In this document: piece by piece, positions 40,642 to 53,500 of the stretch
Position numbering within the stretch: position 1 is the first letter of the stretch
Layout: every line of letters starts with the position of its first letter
Source: Octopus bimaculoides
Lineage: Eukaryota
Direction: 5' to 3'
Length of the DNA stretch: 64,000 nt
Assembly (NCBI RefSeq): GCF_001194135.2
Contig: NC_068988.1
Span: 96,852,983 to 96,916,982, forward strand
Translations under genes and position numbers: made by a program
The notes under the pieces: generated by a model
Databases searched by the model: none
Seen by the model: the letters and a program-made list of their open reading frames with translations, nothing else
Told to the model about the DNA's origin: nothing

Positions 40642-41790
40642 ATGAAAATCTTACGTTGGCGAATCAATATTTGCCAGTGGGCAAGCAACTTACGTTTCTC
40701 TCTCAACACCACTTGCGATCTCATCAAATTAATGTATTTCAGTCTCTGTTACAACGCGTTCACCTCACCCAGTCTAATTCTAGAGACTGGTTTGGAACCA
40801 GTTTTTTGGATCGTGGACCACTTTGCCAAGTACATGGGACCCATTCTGATGTTTATTGTGTTTGCGTTGTGTAGCATTGGTCTTGTTATATTTTATGTGA
40901 TTATGATACCTCGGTACCTTTCTTATGGTTGGCACTGGTTCCTACCGAATTTCATCTTTGGAAATTGGTTGTTGGTTAACACAGTATTCAATTATGTGAT
41001 GGGCTGTCGCACGAATCCAGGCCACCCACCTCAGATTGTTCCCGAAGTGGTGTCCATCTGCAAACGTTGTATTTCACCGAAACCACCCCGGGCCCATCAT
41101 TGCAGCGTTTGTAAGAAGTGTGTTCTTCGAATGGACCATCACTGCCCTTGGCTCAACAACTGTGTTGGCTTCTACAATCACCGTTATTTCTTTCTATACA
41201 TGGTCTACATGATGTCCGGCTGTCTCTATGCATGTTTTCTTTTCTATCCATTATTCTACGATAATTTTTATGTCGGCAAAGAAGTCGTATTCCACGGAGT
41301 ACTGTATCCCCTTAACATGGCTTACCAGTTTTGGATGTCTAAAAACAAAAGCTACACATACATAGCTATCTCTAATGGTACTTCTGTGAAACGAACTCCT
41401 CCTCCTCAATCTTTCAACCAGCTCACATTATCGGATCAGATTTATCATCATTCTGTGATTTTTGTGTTTTTCCTGGGGTTTGGCTGTGTTATAGCCCTGA
41501 GCATCCTCTCTTTGTGGCATGCACGCCTTGTGAGTCGTGGTGAGACTAGTATTGAAGTTCACATTAACAAAAATGAAAGGAAAAGGCTTAAAAAACTTGG
41601 ACAGACCTATGTGAATCCTTATGATTTTGGTTTTGTCCAGAACTGGAAGTTATTCTTTGGCCTGACTGAAGGTAGGACATTCTGGCGTCACATTCTCTTT
41701 CCATCTCGACACAAGCCTCCAGGAAATGGTTTACAGTGGAAAACAACTACATTTACTGTGGATAATTTTGAAAATATTCATGTGTTGTGA
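40642..41790 (+). CDS. ZDHHC16: DHHC palmitoyltransferase ZDHHC16, single-exon ORF of 382 aa
   Basis: Uninterrupted ORF with the DHHC-CRD (CKRCISPKPPRAHHCSVCKKCVLRMDHHCPWLNNCVGFYNHRYF). Family-16 hallmarks: LEPVFWIVDH, SRGETSIEVHINKNERKRL, NPYDFG..NWKLFFG, FPSRHKPPGNGLQW. Confidence 0.95.
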   Translation: MKILRWRINICQWASNLRFSLNTTCDLIKLMYFSLCYNAFTSPSLILETGLEPVFWIVDHFAKYMGPILMFIVFALCSIGLVIFYVIMIPRYLSYGWHWFLPNFIFGNWLLVNTVFNYVMGCRTNPGHPPQIVPEVVSICKRCISPKPPRAHHCSVCKKCVLRMDHHCPWLNNCVGFYNHRYFFLYMVYMMSGCLYACFLFYPLFYDNFYVGKEVVFHGVLYPLNMAYQFWMSKNKSYTYIAISNGTSVKRTPPPQSFNQLTLSDQIYHHSVIFVFFLGFGCVIALSILSLWHARLVSRGETSIEVHINKNERKRLKKLGQTYVNPYDFGFVQNWKLFFGLTEGRTFWRHILFPSRHKPPGNGLQWKTTTFTVDNFENIHVL

Positions 41791-44700
41791 CACAGTTGGT
41801 ACAGCTATATCAATTTTGTATTTTGCAGCTCAAATGTATTTCATTGAAAAAGTCCCAATCAAAATAGCTGACACTGATGTTCTATGAATATTTGTTGAAA
41901 TTATGAAATTGTTGTCCTGTCATAGTGTAACTGAAATAACTAGGGTATATATTTATGACTAAGGTGTATATTTAGACAATCATTCACTTAGTCCTCTTTT
42001 GCAAGTTAGACATGAGGTAACGTTTTTTTTGTTTTGTTTTTTTTTTGTTTTTTTTGGCTGAAAATAATGTAACTTATTTATTTTCTCTAATTAAGCAAAG
42101 GAATATTATTTTGTATGGAAATACTGAGATTCATATGTTGTTGAAATAAGAAAGTTAAGGTTATAAGAATAGGTGTTAATATATAACTTGGGAGTAGTTG
42201 AATATTGCAAATAGATATAAGAAAAAAAAAAAAGACTTTATTTTGACTGAAAAACTTATTTTTCAAAAGAATTCACCTTCTGACTCCTTCCATTTTGAGT
42301 AAAGAACTTTGCCTCTATCAAGGACTGTCAAATGCTCAAGGAAAACTAATTTAAGTCTCTGCAGATTACCTTTTTACTATTTTTTTTTTCTGTAACTTTA
42401 AGTTGTTTCTCTGCCTTTTTTGGCCAACATGATGCTTTTAAGCAGTGTTCTCTTATACATTCCACCTAGATCTTTCCAATTTAACAAGTTCCATTTTTTT
42501 TGTTTGCCATTTATTCATACAGTGGATCATATTTCTTCCTTAATTACTCATCTTCTGATTGTAATCTATGACATAAGGGGGGAGAAAAAGTGGATGAAAG
42601 CAATGCTACTAAAATTGGAACCAACAACAACAACAATAATAACTTGAAATGCTTCAAAATAGGTAAATCTTGCACCCAACTCTAATTTTTATTTGATTAA
42701 TTTTTTCAAAACACCTTTCAGATTTCTGTTTCAAACAGCAGAACCTTTGATGACAAAATAATCAAAATTTAATTTCATCTCTCTTTTTCCATCATTTGGT
42801 TTTAGTTTTCAAAATTGAAATTCTTGAAATATTAGAAGGGAAATCTTCAAAATCAGTAAAATAATTTTATTTTGAAAGCAAATATAAAGCTAATAGCGGA
42901 AAAGAGAAATGTAAGGTTGAGAAATGAAGCCAGTCGAAAACAGAAATTGAGAATTGTTGGCGGAATCTTGATTATGGCTTAGATATAGGGTGAAGAATGG
43001 ATTTTGCATATCTTCTCCAGGTCATTTGGTGATCCAGGGACTTTGGAATGGTTGGCCAGGCACTGGTTGATTAGAACCATTTCCGTATATTTTGTATCTG
43101 ATGTACCAGGTGGTGTAGTTAATGTAGTTGTAAACGATCATCACCACCATGCAAGCAGTGTTGTTTCTGGTGTTTTGTGGAAAACATGTCTGGCCATGTG
43201 AAAATATTACATTGCTTGGAAACAGGCAAGTGTTAGTGACAGGAAAAGCATCTGACTGTAAAAAAAAAAAAAGTACTCTCTCACTAAATTCTGTCTGATC
43301 CATGGAAAATGGATGTTAAATGATGCTTCAGAATTATCAATGTTCAAAATAGTTTTGAAGAAATCTCTGATTTATCTTTTCTGAAACTTTTATTTGTTTC
43401 AATAATTCAAGAAAGACAACGCTTAACATTCTTCATTATTGTTAGCCCCAATTTTAATATCATTGCTTTCATTCACTTTTACTTGATGCTGTCGTTCTTC
43501 ACTATTTCATCAATATTCCATCAGTTTGTGCTGAAATTCCATCATGGTGTGACCATTTTTAAAATCATCCTCAAGTAATTCTCACCATATTCCAAGAAAC
43601 CACTTGACTGTAGTAAGATTGAAACCTTCAAGATATTCTTCTTCTTTGGCCCAGTTTCTCATCATTTGCCATCTGAATGATTAACTTTTGGATCAAAAAG
43701 TATTATAACATGTCTTTCAATTACATAGTTTTATTTTATTTTTTTTCTTGTTTCCCTTACAAACTGGCATTTCTTTGAAAATGCTATAATTTTATTTTGC
43801 TTTAAATATATAAATATTATCTTATAAATGTCTGGTTATGTCTTTTATAAACTGTAAATTTTTTTGTCATTTTTTTCCCCCCGTTTTTTTCTTGTTTGTT
43901 TTGTCAATTTGTTAAAAGATAAATCTCTATTTTTATTTTCAAAACAATGATAACCAATTTTTTTAAAAATTGTCAGTGAAAAATAAATAAACAAAAAAAA
44001 GACCCCAACAAATCTTGTTCAAATGAGTCAATGTGTAATTAACGGAATCGGACATAAAACATTGGAATCAGGACCTTGTGATTCTGACTCAACATTTTAA
44101 TTACCTTCGTCCAATTCTTCAGAACATCCTGACCCTCTCACCTGTGCAATAAAAATTCATTTTCATTCCATCAATCTTTGCAGCCATTTTACAATTTCAA
44201 AAAGATCTCATTTTTTGGTTTTCTTGGTAAATCTGAATTAACCAAAATATTTAATGAGTATTCACAAATTGAAGTCCCATTACTTACATTCTCTGTCCAT
44301 TTCTTTCTTTATCATTCAGAATTTTCTTCAAAAACTAAAATTACAAAATCAAAACAAATGTCTTGGATTCATTTAAAAGCTGACTTATATATAATGAAGG
44401 AATAGTAATTAATTAATTAGCAAGATCAATACATTTCTGGATTTGAGTCATTTATTTTTATTAAATGAGATTGATTGAACATTGTTTTGTTTTTGTTGAA
44501 CAAGTTTGTGTTTATGTGGAGTAGATATTTCTAAGAGTGGGGCTGATATTGCACCAAATACAAGGAAGTTACCAATTTTCAAAGGATGGAAGTGAGTGGG
44601 GATGAGCATTCATGTACTTTTGCAGAGCCTCCCAGACTGGTGTGGGTTTACAGGGGTCATGGACACTGGCTCTTCCTCCTCCCTAAACTTGTTGATAACA

Positions 44701-46704
44701 AATTTTGAATTTTTGTGCCACTGTGTAATGTGTCACAGTTTTCCAATTTGATTTGAGTATTGCATGGGTCCAACCCATGCCAGCATGGAAAGCGTATGTT
44801 AAACGACGATGATGATGATGAGCTTTTAACTCTTCAACAGACCATTTGTTGTCAGTATCATATCAGGTATGGGAGTAAAAAGCAGATTAGGTCCCTGTTT
44901 TGCATTAGAATGGAACCTTTTGATAATACAGAGGTGTCTGAAGGGGAAAGAGTGAACCGAATGTTAGAACTGAGAATGAAACTGCAGAACACTTGATGTT
45001 GGAGAGCATCATCCAGTCTGTCCTTTATTCAAAGAAAGAATCTCTTTGCAACTGTTAGAGGTCAATGCTTCATTGACATTTTCCCTGCTTATTCTGGTAC
45101 TGGTCACTATAGTTTTGGACTACACTCATCCATGACTAATATTTGGTCATTTAGGCAAAAAATGTATCCACCATTTCTCAGGAATTCACTAAACCTTTGA
45201 AAGAATTGTTTCCAAGCCTGCTTTTATTTGTAACCACTTCACATTTGCTGTGTAAGCAGCCCTTCTCTATCATCCTACTTCTTCATCTTCCTGGCACTTC
45301 TGGTGCATACACTAACTTTATATTGGGTATACTGTGTGGGATTCCTCCTTTTTTTTTTTTTTTTAACTCGCGTAAAAAGCACCATTTGAGTGTGGCCAGT
45401 GCCACCTGACTGGCTCCTGTGCTGGTGACACACAAAAAGTACCATTTGAGCATGGCCAATGCCAGTGCCCTCAGACTGGCCCTGTGCTGGTGACACCTAA
45501 AAAGCACCCACTAAAATCTCGGAGTGGCTGGCATTAGGAAGGGCATCCATCTGTAGAAACCTTGCTAAATCAGATTGGAGCCTGGTGCAGCCTCCTGGTT
45601 TGCCAGTCCCTGGTCAAACCGTCCAACCCATGCCAGCATGATGACAATGATGATGATGTTTAGTTTCTGCTGTGTTTAGCAAACAAGAAAGAAATCTCTT
45701 TGATAAGATGCTGGTCTATCACTGGAATGGAACTTAACGCTGGAAGCTTCCAGAATATTTATCTATTTTGGGCATTTTACAAGAATAGACTGAAATTTAA
45801 AAAAAAAAAATTATTTAGTAAGCTGTGTGGTTGCGATGTTGACTTCCCAATTGCCTGCTTTTGAGTTCAATCCTGCTGTGTGGACCTTGAGCAAGTGTCT
45901 TCAACTTTAGCCTTGGTCTGATCAAAGCTATGTGAGTGGATATTGTAGATGGAAACTGGAAGAAGCCTGCTGCATAACAGTTGTGAACGAGTGTCACCAT
46001 CTTACAAGCTGTGTCCTTCATCTCCAGTCTTCTGTGAAGTTCTGTCCGACCATGATGAAATTTAACCTTACCTTGAAACGGGTGGGTTTTGGCAACATGA
46101 TGGGCACCTGGCTGTAGAAAACCTGTCTCAATAAATTCCATCGAACCCAGGTAAGCATGGAAAAGTGGATGTGAAAATGATGATGATGACTGTGCCAACC
46201 TTGCAGATGGCAACAGAATGTTGTCTTCTTTCTTTTTAACCAAACCTTTTGGAATTGCAACATTTATTTGAAGATCTTTTGATGCCCTGTTTTGACTTCA
46301 CGTTTGGAATTTTTTTACCCTGGTTCTTTGAAGAACTTTGCTAAAAATTCCATTGTAGTTGTCTCACTAGGAAGAGGCCAAAAGTTGTACTCCATCCTGA
46401 AACACAGCAATGGCACATGGCACACTGCCTCATGAAGGTCACTTCTAGCTCTCACTGTGCATGCAACTGTGTGCTGCCATCTGTTGGTGCACTGTAGAAC
46501 TAGTCTGGCAACATTTTAATACCACCTCATATTCACAAGAATGTTGTTGACAGTAACTTCTAAGTTTTGGCCAGTTAAGCCTCCCTCTGATCACTTAACT
46601 GGCTGAAACTTTGAAGTCCCTATCAGCAACATCCTTGTCAAAGAATAAACTTGTATTCTGCATAAGTAGAGCAAGCCATCAGATTAATGTAAAATTGTTG
46701 AGTG

Positions 46705-46856
46705 GTTGGCGTTAGGAAGGGCATCCAGCTGTAGAAACTCTGCCAAATCAGACTGGAGCCTGGTGTTGCCATCCGGTTTCACCAGTCCTCAGTCAAATCG
46801 TCCAACCCATGCTAGCATGGAAAGCGGACGTTAAACGATGATGATGATGATGATGA
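46705..46856 (+). mobile_element. Family C copy with (GAT)n tail
   Basis: Nearly identical to the 3' part of the 54810 copy. Confidence 0.85.
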
Positions 46857-48851
46857 TTAAGACGGAACATAAAAACAGACATTTAGAGAGAGAGGGAGGG
46901 AGGGAGAGAGAGAGAGAATGTATGAAAATTGTGTTATTTGTTTTTTTAATTTTTAACCTTTAGTTAAAAAAATATCTTGAAATGTTATTAGAGAAATGTG
47001 TATTGTTTGCTGCTGATAAACAAACAAGAATAAAATATTGGAATGAATCTAAATGTGGCTTCTTGTCACTGCTTTGTTCTAATTCCTGACAAATTACTCT
47101 TCCTAAAATTATATGTTTTCCTTCTAAAGGTCAAATGCTCTCAGTTATCAGGAAAAAAAGAATGTTGTCCTTGAAATTGGTTGTGAATCTGCTGTGATTT
47201 GGCTTTTCTCCTTTATTGGCTTTCAGTCAATTGTCTGTGAGGTTTTTGACGCCGTCCGCACAAAAGAATTAGCTTTGTTTTAGCTTATTTATCTTGTTGG
47301 TTTTTTTTACTTTTGGTTGCCTGGTGTTGTTGTTGTTGTTGCTTGTTGGTTAATATTACATTTATCTGAGAAGTCTCTTCACATTTCTGATGGTTAAACG
47401 TATTATTTTTACATTTATTCTAATAATCAATGTGTGTGTGTGTGTGTGTATTCACACACACTTACACAATGTATACAATAGATAGTACATCTGTATACAG
47501 ATGTGTGTGTGTATACAGATGTGTGTGTGTATACAGATGTGTGTGTGTGTGTGTGTGTGTGTATACATAAACTTAAATTTTGTCTAATTTTTAATTTTAA
47601 AACCTTTGAGAAAAAGCATGCCCAGAACTGTTATTTCTATTTTGAGATATTATTATTATTATTTAATTTTAAACTGTTTATTTTTATAAATTATTAAAAA
47701 TGTCAGCATGATGCTCATCTTATGATGTTAAGCTATTCTATGAATCCTGCTCTGCAAATGGTACTTCTTCTGGTTTACAATATGCAGTACTTCACACTTC
47801 CTAACATTTTATCACAGAATAGTTAGGAGTTTTTAATAAAAGGGCAGCGAGTGTCCTATGACATATATCTAGATACAAATTTATCCGAAATTGAGATCCT
47901 GGTGATATAAACATTTACAAAAATAGCTTAAAACTGGTTCTGCGACATTTTTTTATCTGCATTCCCCTCTGTTGTTTTTGGCCGGGCCAGATACATTGTT
48001 CTGTAGTTACAGAATGGAAGGTCACTGTAGGTGGTGATGGTCATTATTGATTTAGTTGTATAGATATGCTTGTGTGCACATGCATGTGTGTGTGTGTGTG
48101 TTGATATTGGGGAAGGATGTGTATATGTGTGATTATGTATACATGTATGCGTGTGTGTGTATATATAATCCTCATCATTGCTCCAAGGTCCACTTTCCCA
48201 AGCTTGCATGGGTTAGAGGGAGTTTGTTTGAGCCAGATTTTCTACAGCTGGATGCCTCTCCTCTCACCAACCCTTACCTGTTTCCAAGGTAACATGTTTC
48301 CCCATAATATTGGAAATGAACCACACAATATTGAGACAAGGTAACACACACACACACATGGGATTCTTTCAGTTTCCATCTGCCAAATCCACTCACAAGG
48401 CTTGGTTGACGTGGGGTTATTGTAGAAGACACTTGCCCAAGGTGCTGTGCAATGGGACTGAACCCAAAACCGTGTGGTTGGGAAGTGAACTTCTTAAACA
48501 CACAACCATTTCTGTATTTGTGTGTGTTTGAAGAAGTTCTCTTTGCAATCACGAGGTTCCAGATTCTGTCTCACAGCGGAGTATTTTGGAAGAGTTTGTT
48601 TACCGGAGGGAAGGACCATCATACGGTCAGAATCCATCAGAGTAATTGAATTTGGAATTCAAAGGGTTTGACCTTTTTGCATAACATGTCACACTGATGC
48701 TTGGTTAAGAAGATCCTGTGGAATACTCAGCCGTTTGAACTCAATAAATTGGTGGTCATCCAATTGGATCCAATAACAAGAGTATGAGGTGCTGAAATGG
48801 ACAGATTTCTATTTTATTTTTGAAACACACACGTATGTATTCATATAATTA

Positions 48852-49483
48852 CGAGGGGAAGTCAAAAGTTATCCACACTTTTACCATAACCTATCTTTAT
48901 TGTTGTCACACTATCTTCTGCTCCTGCATGCTTATAGTTGGTACTTTTGTGGTCATTTGATGGTAGTTTGAGCCTGATTGCACCGTTTTTCTTTCTGGCT
49001 TTACAATGTAAGCATGGCCACTCCACTAGTAATGTGCACCAAAGAAGAACGCAGAGCAGGGATCTGAGAGGTGGTAATGGTGAACCGCTGAACCATTATC
49101 ATCTCCCGAGCTGGCTGAATCTTCTCCTCAGTAGTGGAGGTTGATGGGTGTCCTGCTTCCTCTTCGTGCATCTCTTTTCTCTGACCAGTTTTAAACTTCT
49201 TGATCCACTCATACACACTTCTACGTGGTTGTGCACTGTCCCTGTATTGTGCTAAAAGCCTCCAATAAATTTCAACCAGAGAAATTGGATCACTGCTCTT
49301 TGTTCTTCTTTGGTGCACGTTGCTAGTGGAGCAGCCATGCTTACACTGTAAAGCCAGAAAGAAAAATGGTGTAATCATGTGACCACAATAGCACGGACTA
49401 TAAACATGCAGGAGTAGAAGACTGGGTGACAATAATAAAGATATGTTACAGTGAAAGTGCGGATAATGTTTGACTTCCTCTTG
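48852..49483. mobile_element. Non-autonomous mariner built from two inverted 5' ends
   Basis: TA-flanked TIRs CGAGGGGAAGTCAAAAGTTATCC...GGATAATGTTTGACTTCCTCTTG. Both arms carry the transposase start (MATPLVMCTKEE / MAAPLATCTKEEQRAVI). The minus copy continues into the HTH (SVYEWIKKFKTG). Confidence 0.85.
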
Positions 49484-50516
49484 TATATACAAGTTTTGAA
49501 ACTTTTACAGGAGAGACATTTATTAGTTTCAGAGAAGTACAAAACTCTAAACTCCTTCAAATCTATGGTTCTACTCAGCAGCTGTAATCACTTGAGAACA
49601 AAAGTGTCACATATTACTCCCCCTTCTTCTTCTTCTTCACATTATCAGTCCCCCTCCACTGGAACCTTCCAGCCCCCATTATCCTCTTTTCCCACACTAT
49701 TTTCACCAATCTTTGCCTTCAGTTACCTCTCCATCTCTCCATCTCAGTTCCCTCTCATATCCACCCTCATTCCCCCACTCACTTCAGTACTCCTTTGTCT
49801 CCCTCCCTACTGCTCCTTCCCCTCGCTCATCCCCCTCCATTTTAGAATTATCCTCCTTCCTGAGTCATTTCTGTTTCTCTCACCTGATGCCTTCACCTTA
49901 ATGATATTTCTCATCAACCACACCTCCATCCTTGTTTATCACTTGCTCCATTCAGCTCCAGCCCCCATCTCTAACCATCTGTTACTCCCCTCTTACATTC
50001 TTATGAAACTATCCCCTCTCAACCCCTGATTCGCTGTCTGTATCCTCTTGTACCTTGAGAGTTTGTTCTTGTTCCCCATCACAACCTTCCTTTTATCTTC
50101 TTCCCAATTACTCCCCCCCCCCCATATAATGTCAGGTAGTCCTATATCTCCTCTATGACCAGACACCTTTGTTTGTCCCCCTCTCATACTTCAGCCTCTC
50201 AGCATCTCTTGCAAAGCCATAATCTTTCCTCTCTTGAATACTTTTTCTTTTCTTGACTTGTAAGTTACCTGGGCAACCCCAATGGTGCCAGTGGCATGAA
50301 AATCAGCACCCCCTACACACTGTAAAGTGGTTGGCATTATTAGGAAGGGCGTCTAGCTGTCATTGTGGGCTTCATGCAACCCATTGAGTCCTCTCAAACC
50401 ATCCAACTCATTCCAGCAGGTAAGACAGGTGTTAATTGGTGATGGATTAATTACTATATAAAGAAATCATACTCAATGTATTTTATTCTTGTATTTCAGT
50501 TTGATCAGCCCCCATC

Positions 50517-53500
50517 ATGTCTGATGATGATGAAGCTCCCCCTGATCTGGTCCCTGCAGATATTGTTAAGGTCCCTATAACAATCATCACAGGATTTTTA
50601 GGTAAGGTCTACTGGATTCTGTGCTCTTAACATCCTTTACTTATTCTGCACCCTTTTCCACATACATTTTCTCTCCATCGAATATAGTTAGGGGGTGGGG
50701 GTGGGGTTGCAGTGGGATAGTTTTCCCTGAGTGACACTTTTATGGTGGTGGCATTTCTAGCTATGCTGCTTAAAACTCTATAGCATTAAGGCCAGGTTGG
50801 GGGTGGAGATAGCAAACTCAAGGGCTGCCTCAAGCAGCACTTTTAGGTTGGTTATATAAGCTTGTTTTGGCCCAGGGTGGGTGATAAACTCAAAGCTTGC
50901 TTGGGCAGCACACACTCTGGCCTTACCACTGTTTGTGTTCTAGTTTTCATGCAATTTTACTGTTGTAGGATTTCATTGTAAAAATATTTTATGTAATTAA
51001 CAAATATATTGCATAATTAATGTATTTTATAATCAACAGGTGCCGGTAAAACAACTTTATTGAATTATATCTTGTCGGAAAACCATGGGAAACGAATTGC
51101 TGTTATTTTGAATGAATTTGGAGAAGGTAATTAATTTGGAGAAGGTAATTAATTTGGAGAAGGTAATTAATTTGGAGAAGGTAATTAATTTGGAGAAGGT
51201 AATTAATTTGAATTGTGTTACTGGCAGGGTTTCATTGTAAAGATTTGTTATGGAATGAACAATAGACCAAACTTTAAAAAATGAGTGCTGGAATTAATTT
51301 GACTGAAACCCTTTGAGCTGGTGCTCCAGCATGGCCGCAGTCAAAGCTGGAGTCTTCTTGTAGTCTCCTCTAACTGTCTCTGTTGTCCCTTTCCCTATCA
51401 CCACAAGAATTGTGAACAATGTTTGATGGTGTCTTGAACAACCTGCACAGTGAATATTTTTAGAGCGAGGATGGTTTGTGCAGAGCCAGTCCCATTTTAA
51501 CTTGTATTGGTCTGATGCAACGAGTGTCACGAGGTCAGTTGTTACCAGGAGGCAGAAGTTGTAAATGAGCAGCCAAAAGAGCTGAAGATCCTCACCTGCC
51601 CTGGGTCTGATGATAATTAACCCCTAACTGGGATCCTAGCAGGTGTTTATTATTCTGGGTCAGGAATAGACCTGGGAACAGAAGTGGTAAAGTGGTGGCT
51701 GCACACTCTTCAAAACTCTGAAACTAGGGCTGCATTTGGGCCCAGGACAACATATTAGATTAAATGATTAGATTTTTTTAGGATTATACTGACCAAAGGA
51801 CATGAATATAGTTTTGCCCCTGGAGTAATGTCAAGTAATCTGGACAGTAATTATAATTTCACTTTTGACCAGATTTTAGTTATTTTTATTCTTTTGTTTC
51901 AGGAAGTTCCATTGAAAAGTCTTTAGCAGTTGGTCAGAAGGGGGAATTATTTGAAGAATGGCTAGAATTACGAAATGGATGTTTGTGTTGCTCTGTCAAG
52001 TAAGTCATTTTACAGATGGTCTTGGTGGAGGCAAGGGTTGAGATGCTGTTGTTTAGACTTGGATTGATCAGACTTATAATTGAAGGCATTCCAGCCATGA
52101 CCATCTTGTCTTTTTAGGAATCTGTTGGACTACATTAGCTAATTTTCTTTTTATTTTATATGAATATGAGGGCGTTTTAGCTCATCTTTAGCAAACCAAA
52201 TGAACAGGACCTAATGAGGATATGGATCTGGAGATAACCTCTCTTATAAATGTAATTGTTAAAAACACAAAACTATGTCAACAACAAACGAAAATCATTC
52301 ATCAATGGAGGTGAGAATGCTGCATGTGCATTTCTGCCTGTCTGAGCTTTGTCAGTAGCATATACTCACTGACAACCACATGCTAACATAAAATGCATCA
52401 CAACTGATACGGGAAAACAGTGATTGAAAAATCACTGGTGTTGCAGTTAGCTACTCAGTTGAGTGAAATTCTGTTATGTGCAATGACTGCATGCTACTGA
52501 CAGAGTGCAATGAGACAGAAATGTGCATCTGGCATTCTCACTGCTGTTGATGGAGATTTTTGTCTGCTACTGATATTGTTTTTGTGTTTTTAAACACAGC
52601 ATGTCCATAAGAGATATTATCTCTGGACAAATACTGCAGTTAATTTGCTTTTTCATGTATCTCCATTAAGCATGATACACAGCTGGCTGGTTTAATCTAA
52701 TGATACTTCTATTGCATGTAACGGGTATTGCACTACTACTATTACTACTACTGCTGATGAGGGTGGTGGTGGTGGTGATAATGCACAATTTGTTTTAGTT
52801 ATTTTTTAATGTCATTGTATTTCTTTTTGCTTTGGTATTGAACCGCCATTGTGGCCATGATGGAGCGCTGACTTGTGGATGTCACTAGTAGCACTGTGTA
52901 ACAACAGTAACAAGCATAACAACTACTGCTACTATAACTGTTACATTATATGATAATGTTTAAAATCTGTCTGTTCCAGGGACAACGGAGTGAAGGCCAT
53001 AGAAAATCTCATGTTAAAGAAAGGAAAATTTGACTATATCTTATTAGAGACGACGGGTTTAGCTGATCCAGGTGAGTAGATTAGCAAGCAGACAGTATTC
53101 TTGAAAGATTACCTTTTGGTGGAACCGACACGATCCAGGTGTGTGCTGGGGCACAGGTTTTAGTATAGGGAGTTTAGCTTTGCCAGCTGCATTAGTAAAT
53201 GGTACCATGGAAAAAGTATCCGGGTCTTGGTGTAAAATGGTTAAGGGTTATGGAAAGCATCCAGCCATGGAAATCCTACCTGTGCAGACACTGGAGCATT
53301 GTGCAGTCCTTGGATATGTTGGAGACTGTCAAACCATCCAACTGATGGAACATGGATGCTGGAAAAAGATGATGGTGATAGTGTGTGTGTGTGTGTGTGT
53401 GTGTGTGAGAGCATGTTGGAAAATATTAGCTTGGCTGTACACAGGTGAGGCTTGGGGACAAGAAGGACTTCCAGTCATAGAAAATCTGTCTCACTATACT

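Noticed and set aside
47484-47560. 18-bp tandem unit with the palindrome CATCTGTATACAGATG
   Set aside because: A derivative of a (TG)n microsatellite with no sign of function.
49451-50029. 192-aa Ser/Pro/Leu-rich ORF upstream of ZNG1
   Set aside because: Pyrimidine-rich low-complexity sequence starting in a mariner TIR, with no domain and no splice link to ZNG1.
51115-51210. Direct-repeat array superficially like a CRISPR
   Set aside because: The repeats are contiguous with no spacers, the context is eukaryotic, and there are no cas genes.
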